A stretch of DNA of 64,000 nucleotides from an uncultured delta proteobacterium (GTDB lineage Bacteria > Myxococcota_A > Polyangia > Polyangiales > Polyangiaceae). A program made the translations under genes and the position numbers. The notes under the pieces were generated by a model. That model had not been told where the DNA came from and did not search any database. It saw nothing but the letters and a program-made list of their open reading frames with translations. The stretch lies in the NCBI GenBank assembly GCA_963806225.1, contig CAWDXG010000004.1, forward strand, positions 416,001 through 480,000. The letters run 5' to 3'. Each line of letters starts with the position of its first letter. Within the stretch, counting starts at the first letter, position 1. Positions 1-11,490 of the stretch are shown one piece after another.

Positions 1-3000
1 GAGCGGCCGCGTAGACCGCCGCTGCTTCCTCCATGGCCCGGCGGCCGCGGCGCGACATCGCCTTGACCACCCGGCGGGAGTGGGCGTCGAGGAAATCCTC
101 GTCGGTCAAGCCGGCGCCGAACCCCGGCTGGGCGCTGCGGGCCGCGGCGGTCAGCAGGATTCCAACCGCCTGGGGCGCCAGCTTGTCCACGACGTGAATT
201 CCCCGCGCCACGTTCGCCAGCGGCCGCGCCAACAGGAACACCTGCTGCGCCTCCGCCAGATTCGTGACGTGGGCGGGAACCAGGATGCCCGGCGGATCGG
301 TGAACTCCACCTCCAGGCTCCCGGAGTGCGCGCGGTGCAGGTAGAGGTCGTAGTCCGCCACTCCGAAGCACTGCGCGACGCGGTCAGCGAGCATGCGCAG
401 CGGATGCCCCGAGCGCGAGCTGATCCGGTCGCGTGTCGACAGGCCGTAGCGCTCGAGCTCGGGCGCGTGGATGCGCCCCAGACCTTCGACCAGGGTCTTC
501 AGGAGCTCGGACGCCGCGTCGGGGAGGCCCGCCGCGTCCACGTGACGGAACGCGACGTCGTCGAACGAGCCCGGCTGCGCGCTGGCCGGCCGCGGCGGAT
601 GCGAAGCGACGGTGCTCTGCTCCAGATCGTTCGCGACGCCCAGCGCCACCAGCGGCGCCAGGGCCAGCTGGGCTTCGCGTTCACGCTGCATGCCAGAAAG
701 CGCACCCGAGAGATCGCGCCACGTCTCGACGCGCATCACGTCGACCCCCAGCAGCTTGCGCAGCTCCTGGACAGCCTGCTGCATGTGCCCCGCCGCCTTG
801 AGGCGCGTGGCGAGCTCCGTGCGCAGCGGCACGTCGTCCGGTGCATCCGCCAGCCCGCGCTGCAGCGTCGCCAGCGACTTGTCGGCCATGCCCATCTCGT
901 CGCCGAGCACGCGCGCGATCTCGAGGTAGGTCGGCGACTTCTTTTCTCCAGGCAGGCTGGTCTGGTCGAGGAAGCGCGTCAGCGCGGCCACGTAGCGCGG
1001 CCATTCGGGCTGGTCTCCGCGTTGCTTCTGCTCGTCGAGCATCGCCCGGAACTGCAGAGCCACTTCCCCGCCCTGCCCGACCATGGTCACGGCCTGCTCG
1101 TAGGCCTTGGCGGCGGCGCCGTACTGCTTCCGCTCACGCTCCAGACTCGCCAGGTGCGACAGGGCATCGGCTCGCTCGTTGATGTCCGCCGACACGCCAA
1201 CCAGCTTCGCGGCCGTGCCCGCCGCGGCTTCGGTCTGCCCGCGCCGCATCTGGATGTCGAGCAACTGCTTGAGCGAGGCCCGGTTGCCATCGTCGATGGA
1301 CAGTACAGCGTTGAGGCTCGCAACCGCGCGCGCTGGATCGCCCAGGTGTTCGTCGAGGATGGAGGCCAGCCTGAGCTGCGCCTCGATCACCACCTCTCGA
1401 GGCGGCGACTGCGCGAGCACCTGCCGCAGCCGGTCGACTGCTTCCGCCCATTGCGAGTCGCGGGCGTACAGCTCCGCGAGCTTGAGCAGCGTCGCCAGAT
1501 GACCCGGCGCATGTTCGATCACGCGGTGCAGCGCAGCGAGCGCCGCGGGCACGTCGTCCTTCCTGTCGGCAAGCAGAGTCGCCACCGAGCCCCACAGCGC
1601 CGGCATGCGGTCGCCCGTTGCCGACTGGGCCGCCATCATCAGCGTGTCGAGCAGTCGATCCACCTGACCTGCCCCGAGCAGCATCTGTTCAAGCTGCTGG
1701 GCCGCCGGCTCGTGCTCGGGATTGAGCTCGAGCGCCCGCTCCAGCGCCCGCGCCGCGCCGTCGCTATCGCCCTGGCCGGCGCGCAGCCCCGCCCCGCGCA
1801 CCAACAGACGCGCCGCCGCATCCGTATCGCGGCTCACCCGCGCTTCGCGCTCGGCGGCCTCTTCAAGCAGAGCTGCGTCGCGCGAACGCATCGCGATACG
1901 CGACAAGCCGCGCGTCGCGGCGAGGTTCTCGGCGTCGCGCGCCAGCGCAGCGCGGTACACGTCCAGCGCCGACGCATCACCCGCGGCCTCCAGGCTCTCG
2001 GCGAGGCGCGTGTGGTGCGCGGACACCAGTCCCGCATCCTCGACGGCCGCGCCGAGCTTGGCGTCGACATGCGAGAGCAGCTGGGTATCGCGTGAAGCCA
2101 GGGCCACCCGTTCCAGGGCGATCAACGCGCCCAGGTCCACCGGGTCCAGCTGGAGGATCGCGAAGTAGGTCTGCCGGAGCTGCTCGGACGTGACCAGCTC
2201 CTTTGTCTCCTGTAGACGAGCCAGCTCGCGCAGGGCCGCGATGCGAGCGCCGGGGTCCGCCAGCACGCGCGATTCGGTCGTATAGACGCCGGCGAGCTTC
2301 TCCCACGCGCCGAGCTCCGAATACAGCGACTCGAGCTCGAGCAGTGCCCCGAGGTGCGCCGGATCGCGCTCCAGGACCGCCTCGAAGCACTGCATCGCGC
2401 GGCGGCGGTCTTCCAGCTCGAAGCGCCACAGCTCGCCCTGGCGCAAGAGCGCGGCGATCGCCATCGAGGGATCGCGTGCCGAGTTCGCTTCGCGTTCCAG
2501 CTCCTCGACCATGCGCTTGTAGTCGCGGGCCTGCGAGAGCAGCCGCGCCCGACCGTCTAGCGCCGGCCTGAAGTCCTCCGCGGCGGCCAGCGTCTGCTCG
2601 TACGCCGCCAGCGCCTTGTCCGGCTGGAGCAGGCGATTTTCGTAGACCTCGCCCATGCGGAAAGCTGTGCGCGCGCGCAGGTCGGAATCCTTCAGCCCGC
2701 TCAGCTCCAGCTCCAGGAGCTTGACCAGCTCGCCCCACTGCCCCCGCTCGGCCAGCTTGCGCCCGAGCGCGTGCAGCGCCGGCGTGTGGAATGGGTCGAG
2801 CTCGATGGCCTCGCGGTAGAACTTGACGGCCTGGTCATCGTTGCCGATCCGCTCCTCGCTGAGCTCGCCCATCTTGTACAGGAGTGCGGCGGCTTCCGGC
2901 CCACGCGGTGCGGCGTCCAGCTCGCGCCGGTACACGTCGAGGAGCTCGTCCCAGCGCCCCGCCTTGAAGTACAGGCGCCCGAGGCTCGCGAGTGCGGGAA

Positions 3001-5196
3001 CGTACTTCGGCGTGCGCTCGATGACCTTGCGGTAGCGGACCAGAGCCGCGTCGCGATCCTCGAGGTGTTCCTCGTACACCTCGCCTGCGCGGTGCAGAAG
3101 TGCCGCGACCGCCTGCGGATCCTTCACAAGCTCCGTCTCGAGCTCGAGGGCCGTGACCAGCTCCTTCCAGCGACCGCCGCGTTCGGCGGCGCGCTGCATG
3201 GCGTGGACGGCTCCAAGATGAGCGTGATCGATGTCGAGAATGCGGCGGTAGGCCGCCACCGCTTGACCGGGCGCGTCCAGCGCGTCCTCCTTGATGCGAC
3301 CGATCTTGAACAGGTAGGTGATCTTCGTCTCGGCGTCCGGAGCGCCATCCACGGCCCGCTCGTAGAGCTCGCCGAGCTCACGGAACCTGCCAGCTGCGGA
3401 GTACAGCCGCGACAGCGCCTTGAACGACGGCGGATACAGCGGCACGAGACCGAGAGCCCGCGCGTGGTGCTGCACCGCCTCGTCGACGTTGCCGAGCTGC
3501 AGTTCCTGGATCCCGGCCACGCGGGCGTGCGCGGCGGCCCGCCGCTCTGCGTCCTGCGTGTGCTCGGCTTCAGCGAGGTGCATGCCCACCAGCGGCAGCC
3601 ACTGCTGCTGCCGGGTGTACAGGCTGCCGAGCGCCTGCAGCGCCGGCAGAAATCCCGGATCCTGCTCGAGCGCCCGGGAATACCAGGTGATCGCCTGGGC
3701 TTCGTCTTCCAGCCGTTCCTCGAACAGCTGCCCGATACGGTGCATCAACCCGACGCGCGCGCCGGCGGACTGCACCCGCCCGACGAGCCGCTCCAGTGCT
3801 CCCACCAGCGGCTGCCAGCGCTTGCCGAGCTCGTACAGGCGCGCCAGCTCCTCCAGCACCATCGGGTCTTCGGGGGCTTCCCTGGACGCCCGCTCCATCG
3901 CGTCCACGCCACCCTCGAGGTTGCCGAGTCGATCGGCCTGGACGCGGCCGATCCGGTACAGCGCCATGGCGCGCACGGTCGGGTCGCTGGCCTGCTCTGC
4001 CTCGCGCTGCAGCACCTGCGCAAGATCGCGCCAGCGCTGCTGACCGTAGTGCAGCCGCTTGAGCGCGTTCAGCGCGCCGGGCGCCTGCGGATCGAGATCC
4101 AGCGCGGCCTGGTACAGCTCGGCGGCGCTTCGCGGATCGCCCCGGTGCAGCTCCAGCAGTCGCGCGCGCTCGACGATCACGGCGGCGCGATGACGCACGT
4201 CGCGGGTAACGGCAGTCGGCTTCGCGCTCGTAGGTGCGGTCGAGCGCGTCCCAAGCGCCTCGGCCGCCAGCTCCGCGCGCTCGACGGACTTGATCAGCGT
4301 CGGGTTGCTCTTGTCCAGCTCCAGCGCCGCGGCGAACGCCTCGCCCGCCTCGCGCTTCTGCGCCATCTGGTCTTCGAGCAGCCGGCCCTTCTGGTAGAGG
4401 AGCAGCGCCTTGTGCTTCGGGTCGGCGGTGAGCGCGGACTTCGGCGGCGAACAGCGGCAGCGCGGCCTGGTAGCTCTTCTTCGCGACCAGCGCGCGGCGC
4501 GCGCCCTGCATCGTCGGCACGTGGTCGGGCAGGAGCGCGTGGGCGCGCTGGAGCTGCTCGGCGGCGCCGGTCAGGTCGCCGATCGGGATTCTCCAGCAGC
4601 CTGCGCGATCTCGTACGTGCAGCCGCCCCTGACGGAGCTTGTCGCGCTCCTTCGCGAGCTCGGACCGGCACGCCTCGACGAACGCGCGCGCTTCTTCCAC
4701 GCGCGGGTCGACCACCACCGCCGGCGGCGCAGGGCTCGGCTGAACCGCGGGCGAAGCAGCCGCCTCCTGCCCCATACCCACCCGCGTCTTCAGCCGCGGC
4801 GCACCCGCAGCGCGGAGCGCGATCGCTGGAGCGCCGCATGGTCGTCGCAGTATCGCTCGGCTCCGGCTTGTGCAGGGTCGTGGCAGCGTCGTCGCGACCT
4901 GCATCCACCCGGGCGCGGCGTTGGACGGATCACTGGTCGGGCCGCGGCGCGGCGGAGGGGGCGGCGGCGGCGAGTTGGCCGGATCGCTGCGCGTCGGAGG
5001 GGGCGGCGGTTTGACGCTGCGCCCGCTCCGTTTGGGGGGCGGCGGAACCGGTGCGCGCTCGCGGCGCCCTTGGGAGGGGGCGGTGGCGAGGCGGCATTCG
5101 CTGCCCCGACCGCGGCGCGGGGGCGGCGGAACCGAACGGCCTTTCGGCGGCCTCGGCGGCTTCGGAGCGTTTCTTCGACTTGTCGTCGTCCGTCAT
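1..5196 (-). CDS. Giant TPR-repeat protein of myxobacterial type (AgmK-like architecture); 3' end outside window; 5' Pro-rich region broken by indels
   Basis: Manual translation of the minus strand is open from ~4440 to base 1 and is absent from the ORF track because it has no stop. It gives serial TPR-like helices (e.g. LLYKMGELSEERIGNDDQAVKFYREAIELDPFHTPALHAL; AMQCFEAVLERDPAHLGALLELESLY). Upstream pieces lie in other frames (3570..4904 ORF: EEARAFVEACRSEL, LQRAHALLPDHVPT). Probable ATG at 5196 (MTDDDKSKK). Confidence 0.8.
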
Positions 5197-5354
5197 GACG
5201 CGAGGCAGAGGGACGTTAGCACGCCCGGTTCCACGGCGGGACCTGGTATCGTCGCAACACCCCCCGGCCGGGATTCTGCCATGGCCCACCGCGCTCCGCA
5301 TACAGTCGAATCCCGGAGACTGTTTTCCCTGTAGCTCCCGGCGATAGTCCCGCC

Positions 5355-6255
5355 TTGCGGCATCGAATCCAGCCGTGGAGGGGACAGCCCGCCCACGCCG
5401 TACTGCTCGGCGCACCTTTCGACGAGGGGGTGCGCCAGGCCGGCGGGCGCGCCGGAACGGCCGGAGGGCCGGCGGCAATCCGGCGAGCGCTCGAGCACTT
5501 CGGCAGCACCTTCGACGTGGAATCGGGCATCGACTTCCACGAGCTCCTGGTTGCGGATGCCGGGGACCTGGAAGTCCTGGAGGAGGACCCCGCCGCCACC
5601 CACGAACGGCTGGCCGAGGCGGTCGCTGCCCTGCTCGACGCCGGCGCTGTGCCAATCGTGATCGGCGGCGGCAACGATCTCTGCGTTCGGGTCGATCCAG
5701 GCGCTGGTCGGACGCGCGCGTGACGTCGGCGGCATCAACGTCAGCGCGCACCTGGACGCGCGCCCGGTCGAACGGGGACACGTCTCGAGCGGTACGCCCT
5801 TCCGCCGCATGCTCTCGGAGCTCGAGATCGTGGGCAGCCACTTCGTCGAATTCGCCGCCCACGGCAGCGTCAACGAAAAGGCCCACTACGACTGGCTCAT
5901 GGACAGGAACGTGCGCATCCGTCCGCTCGGCATGGTGCGCAAGGAAGGCGCCGCGCTCGCGCTCCGCCACGAGATCGAGCGCCTCGCCGAGAAGACCACC
6001 GACCAGTTCGTCTCGCTGTCACTCGACGTGTTCGCAGCGGCGTACGCGCCCGGCGTCTCTGACCCCGGCACGGAGGGGCTGACCCCGGAGGAAGGACGTG
6101 GCATGGCCTTCGAAGCCGGGCACGCTCCGGGCGTCGGGCTGTTCGAGCTGATGGAGCTCAATCCGCGTTTCGACTCCGATGGTCGGACCGCACGGCTGGC
6201 TGCGATGCTGCTCTGCGCGTTTCTCGCAGGGCTCACGGAACGGAACATGACATGA
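5355..6255 (+). CDS. hutG: Formimidoylglutamase (arginase/ureohydrolase family); one frameshift near 5682; start uncertain
   Basis: N-half [14 protein letters not shown]...GP.AIR and IVIGGGND. C-half [20 protein letters not shown]...APGVS, ELNPRFD. Overlaps hutU start (ATGA). Confidence 0.8.
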
Positions 6256-8012
6256 AGGATCCGGACATCGTCGAACGCGAACACCAGAAGTACGGCTGCA
6301 GCTGCGACGTCGCCAGCGAGCTGTCCCACTACGGCCGCCCCATGCACATGGCGGCGAAGCCCGCCGAGCCCGTGCACGCGCCGCGCGGCACGAAGCCGAC
6401 GGCGAAGAGCTGGGACGCCGAGGCCGCCAAGCGCATGCTGATGAACAACGTCGACCCCGCGAACGCGATCGACTGGGAAAAGCTCATCGTCTACGGCGGC
6501 AGCGGGCGCGCCGCGCGCAACTGGCACGAGTTCCACAAGATCGTCGCGACGCTGGACTCGCTCGCCCCGGACGAGACGCTCTGCGTGCAATCCGGCCGCG
6601 CCGTCTACGTCGCCAAGACGCATGAGCACGCCCCGCGCGTGCTTATCGCCAACTCGAATCTCGTGCCGCGCTGGGCCACGCAAACGGAGTTCGATCGGCT
6701 CGACCGCATGGGCCTCACCATGTTCGGGCAGATGACGGCCGGCTCGTGGATCTACATCGGCACGCAGGGCATTCTGCAGGGCACCTACCAGACCTGCCTG
6801 GCCGCGGCGGAGCAGCACTTCGGCGTGCCGACGCTCAAGGGCAAGCTGCTGCTGACCGCAGGGCTCGGCGGCATGAGCGGCGCGCAGCCGATGGCCGTGA
6901 CCATGAACGAGGGCGTCGTCATCGACGTGGAGGTCCGGCCGGAGCGCGTGAAGCGCAAAGTCGACGAGGGCTACTGCGACCGCATGACCACCTCGCTGGA
7001 CGAAGCCCTGTCGTGGGCGGACGAGGCGAAGAAGAAGGGCGAGGCGCTCAGCATCGGTCTGGTCGGCAATGCCGCGGAGGTGTTCCCCGCCATGGTCGCG
7101 CGCGGCGCCATCCCGGATCTGGTGACCGACCAGACCTCCGCGCACGATCTCGGCGCCTACGTGCCCGAAGGCGATCTCGCCGAGCTCGACGAGCTGCGCG
7201 GGCGCGACCTCGCCGAGTACCACCGCCGCTCGCTCGCCTCGATCGCGAAGCACACCGAGGCCATCCTCGCGATGCAGAAGCAGGGCGCTATCGCCTTCGA
7301 CTACGGCAACAACCTGCGCGCGCAGGCGGAAGTCGCCGGCGTGAAGGTGCGCGACGAGTCGGGTGTCTACAAGTACCCGGGCTTCGTACCCGCCTACATC
7401 CGGCCGCTCTTCAGCCAGGGCATGGGGCCGTTCCGCTGGGCCGCCCTCAGCGGCGATCCGAAGGACATCCACGCACTCGACGACGAGCTGCTCCGCCTGT
7501 TCCCGGACAACGAGGGGCTGGACCGCTGGGTCAAGCTGGCGCGCGAGCGCATTCCGTTCCTCGCGCTGCCTACACGTATCTGCTGGCTCGGCTACGGCGA
7601 CCGCGCGAAGTTCGGCCTGGCGATGAACCGGCTGATCCACGAAAAGAAGGTCAGCGCGCCCATCGTGATCGGCCGCGATCACCTCGACTGCGGCTCGGTC
7701 GCCTCCCCCGACCGCGAGACCGAGGCGATGCGCGACGGCTCCGACGCCATCGCCGACTGGCCACTCCTGAACTTCGCGCTCAACACCTGCGCCGGCGCGT
7801 CGTGGGTCAGCTTCCACCACGGCGGCGGAGTCGGCATCGGCAACGCCCTTCACGCCGGCATGGTCATCGTCGCGGACGGCACCGAGGCCCGCGCCGAGCG
7901 CCTCCAGCGCGTGCTCACCGTCGATCCCGGCATCGGCGTCGCGCGCCACGCCCTGGCCGGCTATCCCGAGGCGCTCGCGACGGCGCGCGACAAGGGCGTG
8001 ACGCTGCCCTGA
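6252..8012 (+). CDS. hutU: Urocanate hydratase
   Basis: Diagnostic motifs [59 protein letters not shown]. Confidence 0.97.
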   Translation: MKDPDIVEREHQKYGCSCDVASELSHYGRPMHMAAKPAEPVHAPRGTKPTAKSWDAEAAKRMLMNNVDPANAIDWEKLIVYGGSGRAARNWHEFHKIVATLDSLAPDETLCVQSGRAVYVAKTHEHAPRVLIANSNLVPRWATQTEFDRLDRMGLTMFGQMTAGSWIYIGTQGILQGTYQTCLAAAEQHFGVPTLKGKLLLTAGLGGMSGAQPMAVTMNEGVVIDVEVRPERVKRKVDEGYCDRMTTSLDEALSWADEAKKKGEALSIGLVGNAAEVFPAMVARGAIPDLVTDQTSAHDLGAYVPEGDLAELDELRGRDLAEYHRRSLASIAKHTEAILAMQKQGAIAFDYGNNLRAQAEVAGVKVRDESGVYKYPGFVPAYIRPLFSQGMGPFRWAALSGDPKDIHALDDELLRLFPDNEGLDRWVKLARERIPFLALPTRICWLGYGDRAKFGLAMNRLIHEKKVSAPIVIGRDHLDCGSVASPDRETEAMRDGSDAIADWPLLNFALNTCAGASWVSFHHGGGVGIGNALHAGMVIVADGTEARAERLQRVLTVDPGIGVARHALAGYPEALATARDKGVTLP

Positions 8013-8107
8013 CGCCCGGCGCAGAGTGCTCCGCGCCGGCTGCCCCTCGCAGCACCGGACACGTGCGCCTTGACCGGGTGGTCGCCGGCGACCGACCCTG
8101 TTGGACA

Positions 8108-9298
8108 GTGGAAACCACGAGGGTTCGACGCGCGGCACGCCTGCTCGCGGCGGCTCTGGCCTGCGCGCCGGCAGCCTGCGGCGGCGCGGTGACCTCGTCG
8201 CCCAGGGGGACCGGTGGAACCGACGCGGGTCGAGGCGGGATGGGCGGCATCCCGGGATCGGCGGGCACCGCCGGCGTCGACGCCGCGCCCGAGGCGATGT
8301 CCTGCCCGGACGGCCAGACCTGGTGCGACGGCACCTGCGTCTCGACGGACGGCGACAAGGACAACTGTGGCTCGTGCGGGACGGCCTGCGCGGGAACGTG
8401 CACCGGCGGTCGTTGCCTGGTGACGCTCGCTTCCGGCAGGAAGTGGCCCAACAGCCTGGCCATCGACGCCACACACGTCTACTGGACGGATTGGGGCGAC
8501 GCGACGACCACCAACGGAACCGTCACCAAGGTCCCTCTCGACGGCGGCACCCCCACGCCCTTGGCCGTGCTGCTCGACAGCCCCGCAGGCATCGGCGTCG
8601 ATGCCACGCATGTCTACTGGGTCGACGGTCCCTATGGCAACGTCCGGCGCTGCTCGCTCCAGGGCGGAGCGCTCGATATCGTCGCCTCGTTCCAGCCCGG
8701 CCCCGCGGTGGTCCGCGTGGACGCCGCACGCGTCTACTGGACAAACTACGCAGGCAACGAGGTCATGTCCTTGCCGCTTGCGGGCGGAAAACCAAACCTG
8801 CTCGCCTCGGGTCAAGCCCGACCGCTGGACATCGCGCTGGACTCGACGAGCATCTACTGGACGAACTTCGGCGGCGCAGGTGCCGCTCCATCCGGCAGCA
8901 TCATGAAAGCGCCCCTCGACGGCGGCGCCCCCGTGACGCTCGCCTCGGCACAGGATCGCCCGCCGTACCTGGCCGTGGGTGTGGACAGTGTCTACTGGAC
9001 GAACGAAGGCGACGGCTCCGTGGGGCACGGCACCGTGATGAAAGTACCCGTCGCCGGCGGAGCGCCGGTGACGCTCGCCTCGGCACAGGATGACCCCGAC
9101 GGCATCCAGGTCGACGCGACGAACGTCTACTGGGCCAACCGGGCCAGCGGGGAAATCGCCAGGGTCGCGCGCGACGGCGGGCCGGTCACGACCCTCGTCA
9201 CTGGCCAGGTCCACCCCACGCAGATCGCGCTGGATGCCACCAGCGTCTATTGGATCGACCCGGACGCGGGCACGGTGATGAAGTTGACGCCGAAGTGA
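8108..9298 (+). CDS. Lipoprotein with Gly-rich linker, Cys-rich (Stig1-like) motif and VYWT-repeat beta-propeller
   Basis: GTG 8108, signal ending AACGG, C..C.GTC.....D..NCG.CG..C motif, about 7 repeats of LAS....P..IA.D...VYWT. Confidence 0.8.
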   Translation: METTRVRRAARLLAAALACAPAACGGAVTSSPRGTGGTDAGRGGMGGIPGSAGTAGVDAAPEAMSCPDGQTWCDGTCVSTDGDKDNCGSCGTACAGTCTGGRCLVTLASGRKWPNSLAIDATHVYWTDWGDATTTNGTVTKVPLDGGTPTPLAVLLDSPAGIGVDATHVYWVDGPYGNVRRCSLQGGALDIVASFQPGPAVVRVDAARVYWTNYAGNEVMSLPLAGGKPNLLASGQARPLDIALDSTSIYWTNFGGAGAAPSGSIMKAPLDGGAPVTLASAQDRPPYLAVGVDSVYWTNEGDGSVGHGTVMKVPVAGGAPVTLASAQDDPDGIQVDATNVYWANRASGEIARVARDGGPVTTLVTGQVHPTQIALDATSVYWIDPDAGTVMKLTPK

Positions 9299-9358
9299 CG
9301 CCTCAGTTGTGATCGCAGCGTAGCGCGGGTCGACTGCTGGAGCCGGTCGCACCGCTGC

Positions 9359-10144
9359 TCAGTTCGAGTAGTCGCAGCGCAGCCCGGACCCGCTGCTGGA
9401 GCAGGTCACGCCGCTGCCGACGCAGACGGCGGGCGCCATGCAGGCGCAGTTGCGCTGTCCCTGGCACGCCGGCGGTACGTCGACGCAGTGGCGCCGCGCG
9501 AGCGTGCCGTTGTCGTAGTACTCGACGCACACCTGCTCGGACTTGCACAGGTCGCAGTCCGAAACCGTCCAGCAATCCGATGGATCCAGGCACGGTCCCC
9601 AGCAATTCGTCGAATCGACGGAGTTGATGAGCCCGTTGTGGCAGGACGGCTTGGGGATCCCGCAAGTGGCGCCGCTAGCCTGGCTCGTGTTGCAGACCAG
9701 GTCGGTCGTGCACTGACCCATCGAGCACTTCGCCTGGGAGAGTGCCGGGCACTGCTCGAGAGCGCACGTCGCGCCACAGGTCGGATACGACTCGCCCGCC
9801 GGGCCCGCGGCGCAGATGCAGCAGTCCGAGTGGAGCTGGCAGTCCGCGGGCGACACGCACTCGGGCGCCACCGTCGGCGCGCCCCCCATGCCACCGGTCG
9901 CGGCCACTCCGCCCATGCCGCCCGTCGCGGCCACTCCCCCCATGCCGCCGCTGCCGGCCGTCGCTCCGTTGCCACCCGTCGCTCCGTTGCCACCCGTCGC
10001 TCCGTTGCCGCCCGTCGCGCCGCTGCCGCCCGAGCCCCCGCCCGCGTCGGTGCCTCCGGAACCGCTGCTACTGAAGGTGGAGCCGCTGCAACCCAGCAGA
10101 GCGACGCACAAATACACCACGCCCAAGCGAGCCTTCCCAAGCAT
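9359..10144 (-). CDS. Cys-rich lipoprotein with Gly-rich low-complexity linker
   Basis: Lipobox LLGC, GGNGAT/GGMGGVAAT repeats, Cys-dense C-terminal domain. Confidence 0.8.
   Translation of the reverse strand: MLGKARLGVVYLCVALLGCSGSTFSSSGSGGTDAGGGSGGSGATGGNGATGGNGATGGNGATAGSGGMGGVAATGGMGGVAATGGMGGAPTVAPECVSPADCQLHSDCCICAAGPAGESYPTCGATCALEQCPALSQAKCSMGQCTTDLVCNTSQASGATCGIPKPSCHNGLINSVDSTNCWGPCLDPSDCWTVSDCDLCKSEQVCVEYYDNGTLARRHCVDVPPACQGQRNCACMAPAVCVGSGVTCSSSGSGLRCDYSN
9884..10030. repeat. Coding tandem repeats (27-bp x2 and 18-bp x3) encoding GGMGGVAAT and GGNGAT
   Basis: Repeated ccgtcgctccgttgcca and gtcgcggccactcc units visible directly. Confidence 0.85.
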
Positions 10145-10189
10145 GCCCCTACTATAGCCCAGCCAGACCCTGCTACCACCAAGAGAGCC

Positions 10190-11449
10190 ATGTCCAACAC
10201 CGCCGACCTGCTCGTGATCAATGCCGCCGAGCTTCTGACCTGCGCGGGCTTTTCAGACGCGCCTGCGCGCGGGCCCGAACAGTCCCACATAGGCGTCGTT
10301 CGCGACGCCGCGATAGCGGTCCAGGACGGCCGCGTCCTCGAGGTGGGCGCCAGCGAGCGGATCAAGAAGAGCTACGACGCCGCTCACATCGTCGACGCCG
10401 CGGGCGGCATCGTGTTGCCCGGCTTCGTCGATCCGCACACGCACCTGGTGTTCGGCGGAGACCGCGCCGCGGAGTGGGAAGAGCGCCTGCGCGGCACGCC
10501 CTATCTGGAAATCCTGCGCCATGGCGGCGGAATCCTCAGCACCGTGCGCGCGACGCGCGCCGCGTCGTTCGACGCCCTGCTCGCCGGCGCGCGCCGCTGG
10601 GCGGGCCGCGCCATGGAACACGGCACCACCACGCTCGAGGTGAAGAGCGGCTACTGCCTCGACCGCGAAGGCGAGCTGAAGTTGCTGGAAGTCGCGAACA
10701 AGCTCGCCGAGGAGCTGCCCATCGAGATCGTTCCGACATTCCTGGGCGCCCACGTGATCCCGCCCGAGCTGAAGACGGATCGCGCGCGCTATCTGAACCT
10801 GCTCGAAGGCCTCTCAGCCGTCATCGCCGAACGCAAGCTGGCCCGCTTCGTCAACGTCTTCTGCGAGGACGAAGCTTTCACGCTCGAGGAGAGCGAGCGG
10901 CTGCTGTCGCACGCCGCGAGGCTCGGGCTGGGGCTGAAGCTGCACGCCGAGCAGTTCACGGCGTCCGGCGCCGCAGCGCTCGGCCTGCGCCTCGGGGCCG
11001 TCTCCGTCGATCACCTCGAACACCTGTCCGATGCCGACCTGGAGCTGTTCGCTTCGAGCCCGCGCCCGCCCATCGGCGTGCTGCTCCCCGGCGTGCCCTT
11101 CCACCTGGGCATGTCCGTCTACGCTCCGGCGCGCCGGCTTGTCGACGCGCGCGTGCCGATCGCGCTCGCCACCGATTTCAACCCCGGCTCGTCGTTCACG
11201 CCCTCGCAACCGATGATCATCGCGCTGGCGTGCCGGACACTCGGCCTGTCCGCCGCCGAGTCGATTGTCGCCTGCACCATCAACGCCGCCCACGCTCTCG
11301 GGCTCGGCGGCGAAACGGGCAGCCTCGAGGCCGGCAAACGCGCCGATCTGATCGTCTGCGAGGTCCCCGACCACCGCTGGCTCGGCTACAGCTTCGGCTG
11401 GAATCCCGTCCGCACCGTGATCGCGAACGGGAAACGCATTATCGGCTGA
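10190..11449 (+). CDS. hutI: Imidazolonepropionase
   Basis: PGFVDPHTHLVF, GGGILSTV, GTTTLEVKSGY, TFLGAH, KLHAEQ, DHLE, ALATDFNPG; ATG 10190. Confidence 0.95.
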   Translation: MSNTADLLVINAAELLTCAGFSDAPARGPEQSHIGVVRDAAIAVQDGRVLEVGASERIKKSYDAAHIVDAAGGIVLPGFVDPHTHLVFGGDRAAEWEERLRGTPYLEILRHGGGILSTVRATRAASFDALLAGARRWAGRAMEHGTTTLEVKSGYCLDREGELKLLEVANKLAEELPIEIVPTFLGAHVIPPELKTDRARYLNLLEGLSAVIAERKLARFVNVFCEDEAFTLEESERLLSHAARLGLGLKLHAEQFTASGAAALGLRLGAVSVDHLEHLSDADLELFASSPRPPIGVLLPGVPFHLGMSVYAPARRLVDARVPIALATDFNPGSSFTPSQPMIIALACRTLGLSAAESIVACTINAAHALGLGGETGSLEAGKRADLIVCEVPDHRWLGYSFGWNPVRTVIANGKRIIG

Positions 11450-11490
11450 TCCGCCTCGACACGGCCCGTCCGGCGTCCTAGTCGATCCCC

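Noticed and set aside
80..5014. Long plus-strand ORFs 80..2095 and 2771..5014
   Set aside because: They are antisense shadows of the TPR gene in the same codon register, Arg/Ala-rich with no motifs
6746..8107. 850-aa ORF 6746..9298 as a single protein
   Set aside because: The first ~450 aa are an alternate frame of hutU; only 8108 onward looks like real protein
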